Positions 37,274 to 46,083 of a DNA stretch of 64,000 nt are shown here, piece after piece. Each line of letters begins with the position of its first letter. Within the stretch, counting starts at the first letter, position 1. The notes beneath the pieces were generated by a model. The model was not told the DNA's origin. It saw nothing but the letters and a program-made list of their open reading frames with translations, and made no database searches. The DNA lies in NCBI GenBank assembly GCA_900766915.1, contig CAAFXE010000387.1, positions 1,637 through 65,636 of the forward strand. Reading direction: 5' to 3'. The stretch is from Lachnospiraceae bacterium (GTDB lineage Bacteria; Bacillota; Clostridia; Lachnospirales; Lachnospiraceae). The translations under genes and the position numbers were made by a program.

Positions 37274-37723
37274 ATGATTTTTGACAGCTTGGCAAATATT
37301 GCAATTTATAAGGGTATGAATCCTAATTTAGATACTGCTATCGACTTTCTTTTGTCTCACGATCTGGAAAGCCTTCCTTTCGGAAGGACGCAAATCGATG
37401 GCGATCTTGTCTTCCTTAACAAAATGGAAGCAACTGCAGCTTTGGCACATACGAAACAATTTGAAGTTCATAAGCAATATCTGGATGTCCAGATTGATTT
37501 ATCCGGTGTTGAACGGATAGATACCGGTGAACAGCTTTCCTTTGATACCTTTGATTTCAGCGAGGAAAAGGATATAGGGTTTGCAGACTGTGGTACCTTT
37601 GCATCCTGTATTCTCGGACCCGGAAATTTTACTGTATGCATGGCCGGAGAGTTTCATAAACCGGGGATTGCCGTTACCAAAGATACGTCCCTGGTAAAAT
37701 GTGTTTTAAAGGTTCATATTTAG
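37274..37723 (+). CDS. YhcH/YjgK/YiaL family protein (sialic-acid anomerase/mutarotase-like)
   Basis: The ORF track uses a TTG at 37253. The ATG at 37274 follows AGGGAG. The sequence MIFDSLANIAIYKGMNPNLDTAIDFL is typical of the family. Confidence 0.75.
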   Translation: MIFDSLANIAIYKGMNPNLDTAIDFLLSHDLESLPFGRTQIDGDLVFLNKMEATAALAHTKQFEVHKQYLDVQIDLSGVERIDTGEQLSFDTFDFSEEKDIGFADCGTFASCILGPGNFTVCMAGEFHKPGIAVTKDTSLVKCVLKVHI

Positions 37724-37732
37724 GAGGACTTC

Positions 37733-38635
37733 ATGAAAATACTTGTATTTGATATCGGCGGAACATCGATCAAACATGGTGTATGCACGGATGACCGGCT
37801 CCTTTCTGTTAAGGAAACTCCTACCAACGCAAAGCTGGGCGGAAGACACATTATAGATACGGTGATTTCCCTGATTGAAAAAGAAACTGATTATGATGCC
37901 ATTGGAATCAGCACTGCAGGGCAGGTGAATGCGGATACAGGCTCCATCATCTATGCCAACAGCAACATCCCAAACTATACCGGAATGCAGATTCGAAAAG
38001 AGCTAGAAGAACGCTTTCATGTTCCGGTCATGGTAGAAAATGATGTGAACTCTGCTGCCATGGGCGAAGCCATCTTTGGTGCCGGAAAAGAATACGACGA
38101 CTTTCTTTGTCTCACCTACGGAACCGGTGTAGGCGGTGCAATCATTCAGAACAAGCAGATCTTCCACGGTTCCAGCTTTTCCGCAGCGGAATTTGGTGCA
38201 CTCGTAACTCACAGCGAAGAAAAAATCCATCAAAAGGATTTCTTTGACGGATGCTATGAACGCTATGCCTCCACTACCGCTCTGGTGCAAAAAGCAAAAG
38301 CCTACGATTCCTGCTTAGATAGCGGCAGAAAGATTTTTGAACATCTTGATGATCCCCAGGTTCAGAAAATTCTGGATAACTGGATTGATGAGATTATGTT
38401 AGGTTTATCATCCCTGACACATATTTTTAATCCATCGTGTATGATTCTTGGAGGAGGCATCATGGTTCAGCCTCTGATCATGGAAAAAATTCAGGAAAAA
38501 ATTCCAAAGTACATTATGCCAAGCTTCAGACATGTGGCATTGAAACCCGCTGCCTTAGGAAATACGGCAGGACTTTTTGGCATCAACCATCTTGCAAAGG
38601 AATATTATCACATCACAAAGAATGCCTGTCGTTAA
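37733..38635 (+). CDS. nanK: ROK family sugar kinase (N-acetylmannosamine kinase by context)
   Basis: 300 aa with the N-terminal ATP-binding motif FDIGGTSIKHG and ROK motifs. Confidence 0.8.
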   Translation: MKILVFDIGGTSIKHGVCTDDRLLSVKETPTNAKLGGRHIIDTVISLIEKETDYDAIGISTAGQVNADTGSIIYANSNIPNYTGMQIRKELEERFHVPVMVENDVNSAAMGEAIFGAGKEYDDFLCLTYGTGVGGAIIQNKQIFHGSSFSAAEFGALVTHSEEKIHQKDFFDGCYERYASTTALVQKAKAYDSCLDSGRKIFEHLDDPQVQKILDNWIDEIMLGLSSLTHIFNPSCMILGGGIMVQPLIMEKIQEKIPKYIMPSFRHVALKPAALGNTAGLFGINHLAKEYYHITKNACR

Positions 38636-38654
38636 ACCGACAGGCACTTTTTTG
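38624..38654 (+). terminator. Rho-independent terminator of nanE-yhcH-nanK
   Basis: GCCTGTCG (38624-38631) pairs with CGACAGGC (38638-38645), followed by ACTTTTTTG. Confidence 0.75.
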
Positions 38655-38659
38655 TGATG

Positions 38660-39301
38660 TTACGCTAAAATTTCCGGAATCAGCTCAGCCAGCTTTTTAG
38701 CCAGCTTTTCATGAGCAGCGGGACTTAAATGCATATAGTCATATGGGTACATTTCTATTCCTTTAACAGCTCCGGCATCCAGAAAACAGCACCGGTTTCT
38801 TTCGGCTACTTCCCGATATAAAGGTGCCAGTGCACGGGTTTTATCCACGCATCCCTGTCCCATTTCACCGATTACAAAGGTTTTTTCATATCCAGGCTCA
38901 ATGGGTGGCGGTGCAATTACCAGGATACGTGCTCCCTGTGCATAGGCCTCCTTTGCATTCTGTGCCTTCTGCACCAGTCTTTCCAGACCTTTTGCGATAT
39001 TCTCCGGTGTGGCATGAAAGCGCTGCTTCACATCATTGGTTCCAAGCATAATAATAAGCAGATCCACAGGCTCATGGCACATCAACGTGGTATAAATACT
39101 TGAAAAGCCATTAAGCCCTTCTGTCAAAGGGTCATCAAACACTGTTGTTCTTCCGCTTATCCCCTCTTCCTTGACATCATATTCCTCTCCCAGATATTCC
39201 TGCAAAAGACCTGTCCATCGTTCTTTTTTGGTAAAACGTCCCATATTTTTTGAATTATATCCGTGGGTATTGGAATCCCCAAAACATACAATTGTTTTCA
39301 T
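38660..39301 (-). CDS. SGNH/GDSL hydrolase (possible sialate O-acetylesterase by context)
   Basis: CFGDSNTHGY Ser block, GTND block and DxxH (DYMHL). The ATG at 39301 follows GGAGAA. An alternative ATG at 39328 overlaps the folC stop as ATGA. Confidence 0.8.
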   Translation of the reverse strand: MKTIVCFGDSNTHGYNSKNMGRFTKKERWTGLLQEYLGEEYDVKEEGISGRTTVFDDPLTEGLNGFSSIYTTLMCHEPVDLLIIMLGTNDVKQRFHATPENIAKGLERLVQKAQNAKEAYAQGARILVIAPPPIEPGYEKTFVIGEMGQGCVDKTRALAPLYREVAERNRCCFLDAGAVKGIEMYPYDYMHLSPAAHEKLAKKLAELIPEILA

Positions 39302-39324
39302 AACTTCATTCTCCGTTTTGTGAC

Positions 39325-40623
39325 TCATTTTTTTAAAGATGCAAGAACTCCTTTGATCTCACCGATCAGATACAGAGAACCCACACAAAATACCATGCCA
39401 TCTTCCTGAAGGGAAAGTGCTTCCTTCAAGGCTTCCTCTACTACCGGTCTTGCTGATACATTCTCCATTCCATAGCTTTTAAATAACCCGGCCAGTTCTT
39501 CTGCAGGAATTTCCCGCATTCCTCCCACCTGAGTCGTCACTACCGCATCCGGATGAATCTTTTCACAGATAAGCTGTATCATTTTTTTGTAATCTTTATC
39601 TGATACGGCAGAAAACAGCAGGATGATACGGTTGTCTGCCCGGAACTGCTCCACAGTTTTTATAAACTGGGCCACTCCATCCTCATTGTGGGCACCGTCT
39701 ACGATGACACCCGGAAGAATCGTCTCCATACGTCCCGGCCAGTTTACCTTCCGAATTCCTTCCTGAAGCTTTTCATCGCTGATTCCATGAACGCTCTGCA
39801 GCTTTTTCATCGTAAAATAGGCAAGGGAGGCATTCATCATCTGGTACTGTGCAATATAAGGGATGTGAAGCTCTGTCCCCTGAAACCGGAAGGTGATACC
39901 ATCCCGGTTCTGCTCTTCCATCACATACTGATCCGGCATCAGCACATAGGCGGGACTTTGAAGCTCCTTTGCACGTGCTTCGATCACAGCAGAAGCTTCC
40001 TTTACATGACCGTCATAAATGACAGGAACACCCGGCTTAATGATTCCGGCCTTTTCCCCAGCAATTGCGGCTTTGGTATCTCCAAGATACTGCACATGAT
40101 CGATACTGATGGAAGTAATAATACAGGCTAACGGCTTCTTTACACAGTTTGTCGGATCCTTCCCTCCTCCAAGGCCGGTTTCCAGCACCAGATAATCCAC
40201 CTTGCTTCTGCTAAAATAATCTGCACCCATAAGGAGCAGGGTTTCAAAATAGCTTGGATGGTCATAACCATCATCCATTGCCTCATCAATAATCTTCTTT
40301 ACCCGAAGAAAACTCTCCAGAAAATCCTCATCGGACATGATTTCTCCATTGATACGGAAACGGTCATTGATCGTTACCAGATGGGGAGAGGTAAACAGAC
40401 CGGTACGGCATCCTCCTTCCGCCAGCATGGATGCCAGATAGGCACAGGTACTTCCCTTCCCGTTGGTACCTGCCACATGAATGACCTTCATGTTATCCTG
40501 GGGATCTCCCAGACGTCTTAACAGCTCCTTTGTATGCTCCAATGGATGCTTCGTTGTAAATTTGGGTATTTCTTCTATATATGCTACTGCTTCTATGTAA
40601 TTCACACTCTTCACCTCAGTCAA
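39325..40623 (-). CDS. folC: bifunctional folylpolyglutamate synthase / dihydrofolate synthase
   Basis: 432 aa with the P-loop VAGTNGKGST and a Mur-ligase fold. Confidence 0.92.
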   Translation of the reverse strand: MTEVKSVNYIEAVAYIEEIPKFTTKHPLEHTKELLRRLGDPQDNMKVIHVAGTNGKGSTCAYLASMLAEGGCRTGLFTSPHLVTINDRFRINGEIMSDEDFLESFLRVKKIIDEAMDDGYDHPSYFETLLLMGADYFSRSKVDYLVLETGLGGGKDPTNCVKKPLACIITSISIDHVQYLGDTKAAIAGEKAGIIKPGVPVIYDGHVKEASAVIEARAKELQSPAYVLMPDQYVMEEQNRDGITFRFQGTELHIPYIAQYQMMNASLAYFTMKKLQSVHGISDEKLQEGIRKVNWPGRMETILPGVIVDGAHNEDGVAQFIKTVEQFRADNRIILLFSAVSDKDYKKMIQLICEKIHPDAVVTTQVGGMREIPAEELAGLFKSYGMENVSARPVVEEALKEALSLQEDGMVFCVGSLYLIGEIKGVLASLKK

Positions 40624-40676
40624 GTACTTTCCATTTTTTACAATCTTACAAGAATGGCACTTCTTTGTAAAGCCTT

Positions 40677-41417
40677 TTATCGGTTTGCCGGAAAGACATA
40701 GCCTTTCATTCCTTCCAGAGAACGAAAATCGTATCCTGCCTCTTCAAATTTTTCCAGAATCCCCGGCAAAGCCTCCACGGTGGCATCTGCGATGACAGAA
40801 TCATGTAAAAGCACAATGGTGGTGTTATATTTCATTCCGTTGGAAAACACATTTTTCCGAATAGACTGTACCGTAGGATGCCCTACAGAATCCTCCCCGG
40901 TACATTTCCAGTCGAAAATCACATATCCTCTTTTTTCCAGTTCCTGAACATAGGTCTTTCCCTGGCCGTGCAGCAGACTGCATGCACTTCCTCCCGGAAG
41001 GCGGCACAGGTTTGTCTTAATGCCGCATTCTTCCTCAAGTTTTTTGGAAAGTGTCTCATAATCCTTCAAAAATCCATCAAGGCTTTCGTAGAGTGTTTCA
41101 TAATTATGTACATTGGCATGAATTCCAATACTGTGCCCCTCATGCATCATTCTCTGAAGAAGGGGCTTTGTCTCTTCATTGATCTCGCTTCCGATGACAA
41201 AAAAGGTTGCCTGTGCCTGATGTTCCTTTAAAATATCCAGGATTTTTTCCGTATTCTTACTTGGCCCATCGTCAAAGGTGAGGTAACAGATCTTTTCCTC
41301 CTCTCCAAAAGCCTCCCGGACCAGGCCCTTGCCCATGTTACAAAAGGACAGGATCACTACCAGGAGCATGAGAACAAAAACTGCATTTTTAAGAGTCTTT
41401 CCCGATATTTTCAGCAT
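40677..41417 (-). CDS. polysaccharide deacetylase (NodB homology domain), membrane-anchored
   Basis: 246 aa with an N-terminal TM and the YLTFDDGPS motif plus His motifs. Confidence 0.88.
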   Translation of the reverse strand: MLKISGKTLKNAVFVLMLLVVILSFCNMGKGLVREAFGEEEKICYLTFDDGPSKNTEKILDILKEHQAQATFFVIGSEINEETKPLLQRMMHEGHSIGIHANVHNYETLYESLDGFLKDYETLSKKLEEECGIKTNLCRLPGGSACSLLHGQGKTYVQELEKRGYVIFDWKCTGEDSVGHPTVQSIRKNVFSNGMKYNTTIVLLHDSVIADATVEALPGILEKFEEAGYDFRSLEGMKGYVFPANR

Positions 41418-41467
41418 AAAAAAATCCTTTTTCTCTATTCTATGCAGTCATAGGGAAAAAGGATTTT
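41418..41467 (-). terminator. strong terminator of the mrp-like operon whose 3' arm contains the deacetylase Shine-Dalgarno
   Basis: Perfect 13-bp stem: 41455-41467 pairs with 41421-41433. On the minus strand a run of U residues is followed directly by the ATG at 41417. Confidence 0.7.
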
Positions 41468-41471
41468 ATTA

Positions 41472-43256
41472 TTAATGCATTAAAAGATAAATGATCGTTA
41501 AGGTCAGTCCGATACAGGCAAGTAAAAGTCCAAAGGACAGACTTGAGGAAATGACACGAACCGCATCCACCTTTCTGTCATACTGGGCATGAAGCCTGTT
41601 GACCAGCTCGTTTTCCGGCCGTTCGGTGGTCTCTGTAAAAACGTGTTTTCCAAAGAATGCAACAACTGCTTCCGGAATGGAATCCAATACCTTACAGATT
41701 CCGCCAAGCAGAGCCAAAATACCATAAAGGATTGCGCTAAATACCTTTTCCAGATCCAGTTTTTCCGGCCAAAGATCAAGGTATCTGCCGTCTTTCATCA
41801 GCACCTTACGAATAAACAGGAAGTAGACTAAAACACCGATGATGATGGAGATCAGTCCGCCCTTTAAGTTGCTCCAGGTAAAATAATGTACCTGATGAGC
41901 CAGCTCCCCGCTTCTCATAAATCCCATGACCCCGTCTGCCATTTTATCCATGGTCAATGCCGGAAGCATTCCGAGAATTGGAAGGATCAGCGCTGCGGCA
42001 CCGATGACGATCTTGCTAAGCAGGGACATGTAGGAAGTTTTTGCTTCATAATTTTCCTGTTTTTCCGGATGTTTATCCACAAACAGACAGATAAACAGCT
42101 TTAACATATAGGCAACCGTAAGTCCGCCACTAAACAGGAATATCCATTCCACTGCTCTAAAGAGCATTGCACTCTCACCTAAATGGGTCAGATGTGCAAT
42201 ATATTCCACAATTCCTTCATGGAGAAGCGTCTTGCTGACATAACCGTTCCACAGTGGCATACCGCCGATTCCAAGAGCCCCCATTAAGAAACAGAACATC
42301 AGAAACGGCTTTTTACGTCCAAACCCTTTTACAGAGTTAAAATCCAGTGCATGAAGGTTCATATAAACTACACCGGCACAGTTAAACAGCAAAAGCTTGA
42401 TCAGAGAATGATTGACCATATGAAGAAAGGTTCCTCTCACGGCCAGTGCATTCTCTTCTCCCAGGAAGCACTGCATTCCCACACCCACGAGAATAAATCC
42501 AATCTGGGATACAGAAGAGCAGGCAAGAGTTCTTTTCAGATTCACGGAAAATACTGCTAAAACTGCACCCACAACCATACCAATCACACCAAGGGTTAAG
42601 ATCACACTTCCCCAGGTCAGGTCATGGACGAATACCTCCGCTGTCAATATCAGGATTCCAAATACACCGCATTTGGTCAGGATACCTGAAAGCAGCGCAC
42701 TGGCCGGTGCAGGAGCTACCGGATGGGCCTTGGGAAGCCAGAAATGTAACGGGAACATTCCGGCCTTTGCACCCAGACCAAAGAGCATCAAAAAGCCTGC
42801 TGTATAAATCTGTCCGGATTTTTCGTTCCAGACTTTCTGAACACTTCCATAAAGTTCGTCCATACGAAGAGTTCCAAGAGCGTCCTTTAATAAGAATAAT
42901 CCCATAAGCATGACCATACCACCGATGACTGCAATGGCAAGGTAGGTGACTCCTGCCTTTAAAGCTTCCGGTGTTTCTTCCTGAGCTACCCAGACATAGG
43001 AGCTTAAGGACATGATCTCAAAAAAGATAAACATGGTAAAGAAGTCTGCTGATAAAAATACACCCAGGGTTGCAAACATGGTGATCAGCAGGAAGCTGTA
43101 ATATCTTGCCTTATGGCTGTAATGGGCAAAATATTCCTTAGAAAACAGAATACTCACAGCCCACATGAATAACGCAATGCAACTGTAGATCAGGCGGAAT
43201 CCGTCCAGCTTCAGAAAAAGCCCCTGACCGCAGATATTTAAGATTTCATAAGTCAC
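41472..43256 (-). CDS. antiporter-like subunit, NuoL/MrpA-N type, with a C-terminal lateral-helix-like extension
   Basis: 594 aa, GTG start, with a proton-antiporter M domain (WLPKAHPVAPAPASALLSG). The last ~180 aa are amphipathic segments ending in a TM anchor. Confidence 0.8.
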   Translation of the reverse strand: MTYEILNICGQGLFLKLDGFRLIYSCIALFMWAVSILFSKEYFAHYSHKARYYSFLLITMFATLGVFLSADFFTMFIFFEIMSLSSYVWVAQEETPEALKAGVTYLAIAVIGGMVMLMGLFLLKDALGTLRMDELYGSVQKVWNEKSGQIYTAGFLMLFGLGAKAGMFPLHFWLPKAHPVAPAPASALLSGILTKCGVFGILILTAEVFVHDLTWGSVILTLGVIGMVVGAVLAVFSVNLKRTLACSSVSQIGFILVGVGMQCFLGEENALAVRGTFLHMVNHSLIKLLLFNCAGVVYMNLHALDFNSVKGFGRKKPFLMFCFLMGALGIGGMPLWNGYVSKTLLHEGIVEYIAHLTHLGESAMLFRAVEWIFLFSGGLTVAYMLKLFICLFVDKHPEKQENYEAKTSYMSLLSKIVIGAAALILPILGMLPALTMDKMADGVMGFMRSGELAHQVHYFTWSNLKGGLISIIIGVLVYFLFIRKVLMKDGRYLDLWPEKLDLEKVFSAILYGILALLGGICKVLDSIPEAVVAFFGKHVFTETTERPENELVNRLHAQYDRKVDAVRVISSSLSFGLLLACIGLTLTIIYLLMH

Positions 43257-43272
43257 AAACGGTTCCCCCTTT

Positions 43273-44751
43273 CTAAAATGTTCCTAACGCAACTGCCTCA
43301 ATCAGATGAAGCAATGGTCTGGCAAATAATCCGAGTCCAACGATGATCACGGCAAAGATCATAAGCGGCAGCTTCATTCTCCAACCCGGGTCCCGATCAT
43401 TTTCGTTAAACCTTAATACCTGTTCTTTTCCAGGGAACCATGCCTTTAAGATCATCTGTCCCATATAGATCGCAGTCATAAAGGCAGAGTATAAGAGCAC
43501 TCCGATAGCTACGATTCCCAAAGGATTTTCAGATAGCAATGCTGCTGTGGCAATGTTCCATTTACTGATAAACCCGGCAAAGGGCGGGATTCCCGCAAGG
43601 GAGATTCCGGCAATGGTAAAGCAGCCGAATACTACCGGCATTTTTTCTCCAAGCCCTTCGATTTCCTTTATATAATTTCTTCCTGTCATATGCATCACCG
43701 CGCCTACACAGAAGAATCCACAGATTTTCATAAATGCATGGATCACCAGATGGGAAATCGCTGCGATCATTCCCAAAGGTGTCATCATCGTTGCTGCCAG
43801 CAGAATATAGGAGAGATTACTGATGGTAGAGTAGGCAAGCCTTCTCTTTAAATGAATCTCTCTGACTGCCATGGATGATCCATAAACAATGGTAAGCATT
43901 GCCATGATCATCACAACACTCTGCGCCCAGGTACCTCTTAAAAAATCTGTTCCATAGCTGTAGTAAATGATACGGATGATCGCAAAGGCTCCGGATTTCA
44001 CCACCGCTACCGCATGAAGCAGGGCTGTCACCGGTGTTGGTGCCACACTGGCTCTCGGAAGCCATCCGTGGAACGGAAATAAAGCCGCCTTTACACCAAA
44101 TCCGCAGAATGCCAGCAAAAACATGGCCAGTACCCAGTTCGGATGGGCAGCCACCTTTGTCATATCCAGCACGCCGCCAAGTACAAAGTTGGTAGTATCT
44201 CCAAATACCATCAGACAGATGATGGAAAGAAAGGCAAAAGCTGCACCACCCAAAGAATAGTAAAGGTACATTCTGCTGGCACGGATCGCCTTTTTGTTCA
44301 TCGGATGCATGACAAGGTATACAGTAGCAAGAGTCAAAAGCTCATAGAAGAAATACAGGGTCAGGATATTTCCTGCAAAGGCGATGCCCAATGTCACCCC
44401 GTAAGTCATGGTATAGAAGCCGAAAAATACATTTCTTCTTTCTTTGTCATGAGCCATATATTCAAATGCGTAAAGATTTGCCAGCGGCCATAAAAAAGCT
44501 ACCAGCCCTGCAAAGATCGTTCCCAGACCATCCAGTTTTAAAACGACTTTCAGGTTACCTGCAAAGGAAAACAGGACTCTGCTCTCCTCCGGTCTTTGAA
44601 ACAGTGCCGTAAATACCAGAATACTGGTCAGGATTACAACTGTTTCACTGAAAACTTTAATTGTTTTGTATTCCGGTCCTTTGGAAAAAATCAGCACTGC
44701 ACCGCCAAGGAGTGGGAGCAGAACTGCAATTAATAATATGATTGAATTCAT
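43273..44751 (-). CDS. mrpD: antiporter-like subunit (MrpD/NuoN type), copy 3
   Basis: 492 aa with WLPRASVAPTPVTALLHA and about 14 TM. Confidence 0.85.
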   Translation of the reverse strand: MNSIILLIAVLLPLLGGAVLIFSKGPEYKTIKVFSETVVILTSILVFTALFQRPEESRVLFSFAGNLKVVLKLDGLGTIFAGLVAFLWPLANLYAFEYMAHDKERRNVFFGFYTMTYGVTLGIAFAGNILTLYFFYELLTLATVYLVMHPMNKKAIRASRMYLYYSLGGAAFAFLSIICLMVFGDTTNFVLGGVLDMTKVAAHPNWVLAMFLLAFCGFGVKAALFPFHGWLPRASVAPTPVTALLHAVAVVKSGAFAIIRIIYYSYGTDFLRGTWAQSVVMIMAMLTIVYGSSMAVREIHLKRRLAYSTISNLSYILLAATMMTPLGMIAAISHLVIHAFMKICGFFCVGAVMHMTGRNYIKEIEGLGEKMPVVFGCFTIAGISLAGIPPFAGFISKWNIATAALLSENPLGIVAIGVLLYSAFMTAIYMGQMILKAWFPGKEQVLRFNENDRDPGWRMKLPLMIFAVIIVGLGLFARPLLHLIEAVALGTF

Positions 44752-44765
44752 CTTTGGCTCCCTCC

Positions 44766-46073
44766 TTACATCAAGCTTTGTGCTAACAGCTCTAACCAGC
44801 CAATCAAAGAATTGGAGAATATTCCAAGGAATAATGAAGCCAAAGCTAAGATCATCATTGGAATAGTCATGTTAAGACCTGCTTCACATTTTTTCAAAGG
44901 TGTTTTATCAAATTCTTTTCCCGGTAAAAATCCCTGTACTGCAATTGGAAATAAGTAACCCGCAGTCAGCAGGGCACTTACCAGTAAAATTACCGGACCC
45001 ATCCATGAAAATCCTGCCATACCACTCTGCAGGGACCCCAGGGCAAGATACCATTTGCTAAAGAAACCCGCAAACGGGGGAATTCCCACCAAGGACAGAG
45101 ATGCAAAGGCAAAGCATCCGATGGTAACAGGCATCTTGCGTCCGATACCACGAAGCTCTGTGACTCTCGTATATCCGGCCTGATGGATGATGGAACCAGC
45201 TCCCATAAACAGAAGGTTCTTAGCAACGCTGTGAAAGATTACCTGAAGCAGCGCACCAGCCACTCCCACAGGATGAAGGGTCGACAGACCAAACAATACA
45301 TAGGATACCTGGCTGACCGTTGAGTAAGCCAGACGCTTCTTTAATACTTTTTCGTCAAAAGCTCTCATAGAGCCCATAAGAACGGTCACAAGTGTAAGAA
45401 CCATCCAGGAGATCTGTACCCAGCTTCCACGGATCATATCCGCACCTGCCAGATAAAAGACAATCCTGATGATTGCCAGCACACCGGATTTTGTAATGAC
45501 ACCTGATAACACCGCACTGGCCGGAGCCGGAGCTACAGGATGGGCAATTGGTAACCACGCATGAAGCGGGAACATACCTGCTTTTGCACCAAACCCTAGG
45601 ATCATGCAGAACACGGCTGCAAGGATCAGTCCTCTGTGCGCCACCATGTCAGCAAAAGAGCATCCCCCTGCCACAAATTCCATCGTCGGAGCATACTGTG
45701 ACAGTACAAAAATTCCAAACAGTGCTAGAAAAGCTCCTGCAATGGAGTAATACAGATATTTCATTGCCGCCGAAATGGATTCTGCCTTCATCTCATGAAG
45801 GATCAGCGGCAGGCTGCTTAAAGTCATCAATTCATAAAAAAGATACATGGTAATGAGGTTCGCGGAAAAATCCAGTCCCAGGAGTACCACATATACCAGA
45901 ACATAAAAGAATGCATAGCGCGCCTTTCGTTCCTCATGTGCCATATATCCAAAGGAATAGATTCCCACAAGAATCCACATGACCGTAGTCAATGCTGCAA
46001 ATAACAGTGAAAGTTCATCTGCACGGAAGGATATTTTCAGCACATCTGTTAGTTGTAATAACGTCAATTCCAT
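44766..46073 (-). CDS. mrpD: antiporter-like subunit (MrpD/NuoM type), copy 2
   Basis: The ATG at 46073 (MELTLLQL) follows GGAGGG; the ORF track start at 46091 overlaps the upstream gene. Contains WLPIAHPVAPAPASAVLSG. Confidence 0.85.
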   Translation of the reverse strand: MELTLLQLTDVLKISFRADELSLLFAALTTVMWILVGIYSFGYMAHEERKARYAFFYVLVYVVLLGLDFSANLITMYLFYELMTLSSLPLILHEMKAESISAAMKYLYYSIAGAFLALFGIFVLSQYAPTMEFVAGGCSFADMVAHRGLILAAVFCMILGFGAKAGMFPLHAWLPIAHPVAPAPASAVLSGVITKSGVLAIIRIVFYLAGADMIRGSWVQISWMVLTLVTVLMGSMRAFDEKVLKKRLAYSTVSQVSYVLFGLSTLHPVGVAGALLQVIFHSVAKNLLFMGAGSIIHQAGYTRVTELRGIGRKMPVTIGCFAFASLSLVGIPPFAGFFSKWYLALGSLQSGMAGFSWMGPVILLVSALLTAGYLFPIAVQGFLPGKEFDKTPLKKCEAGLNMTIPMMILALASLFLGIFSNSLIGWLELLAQSLM

Positions 46074-46083
46074 AACTTCCCTC

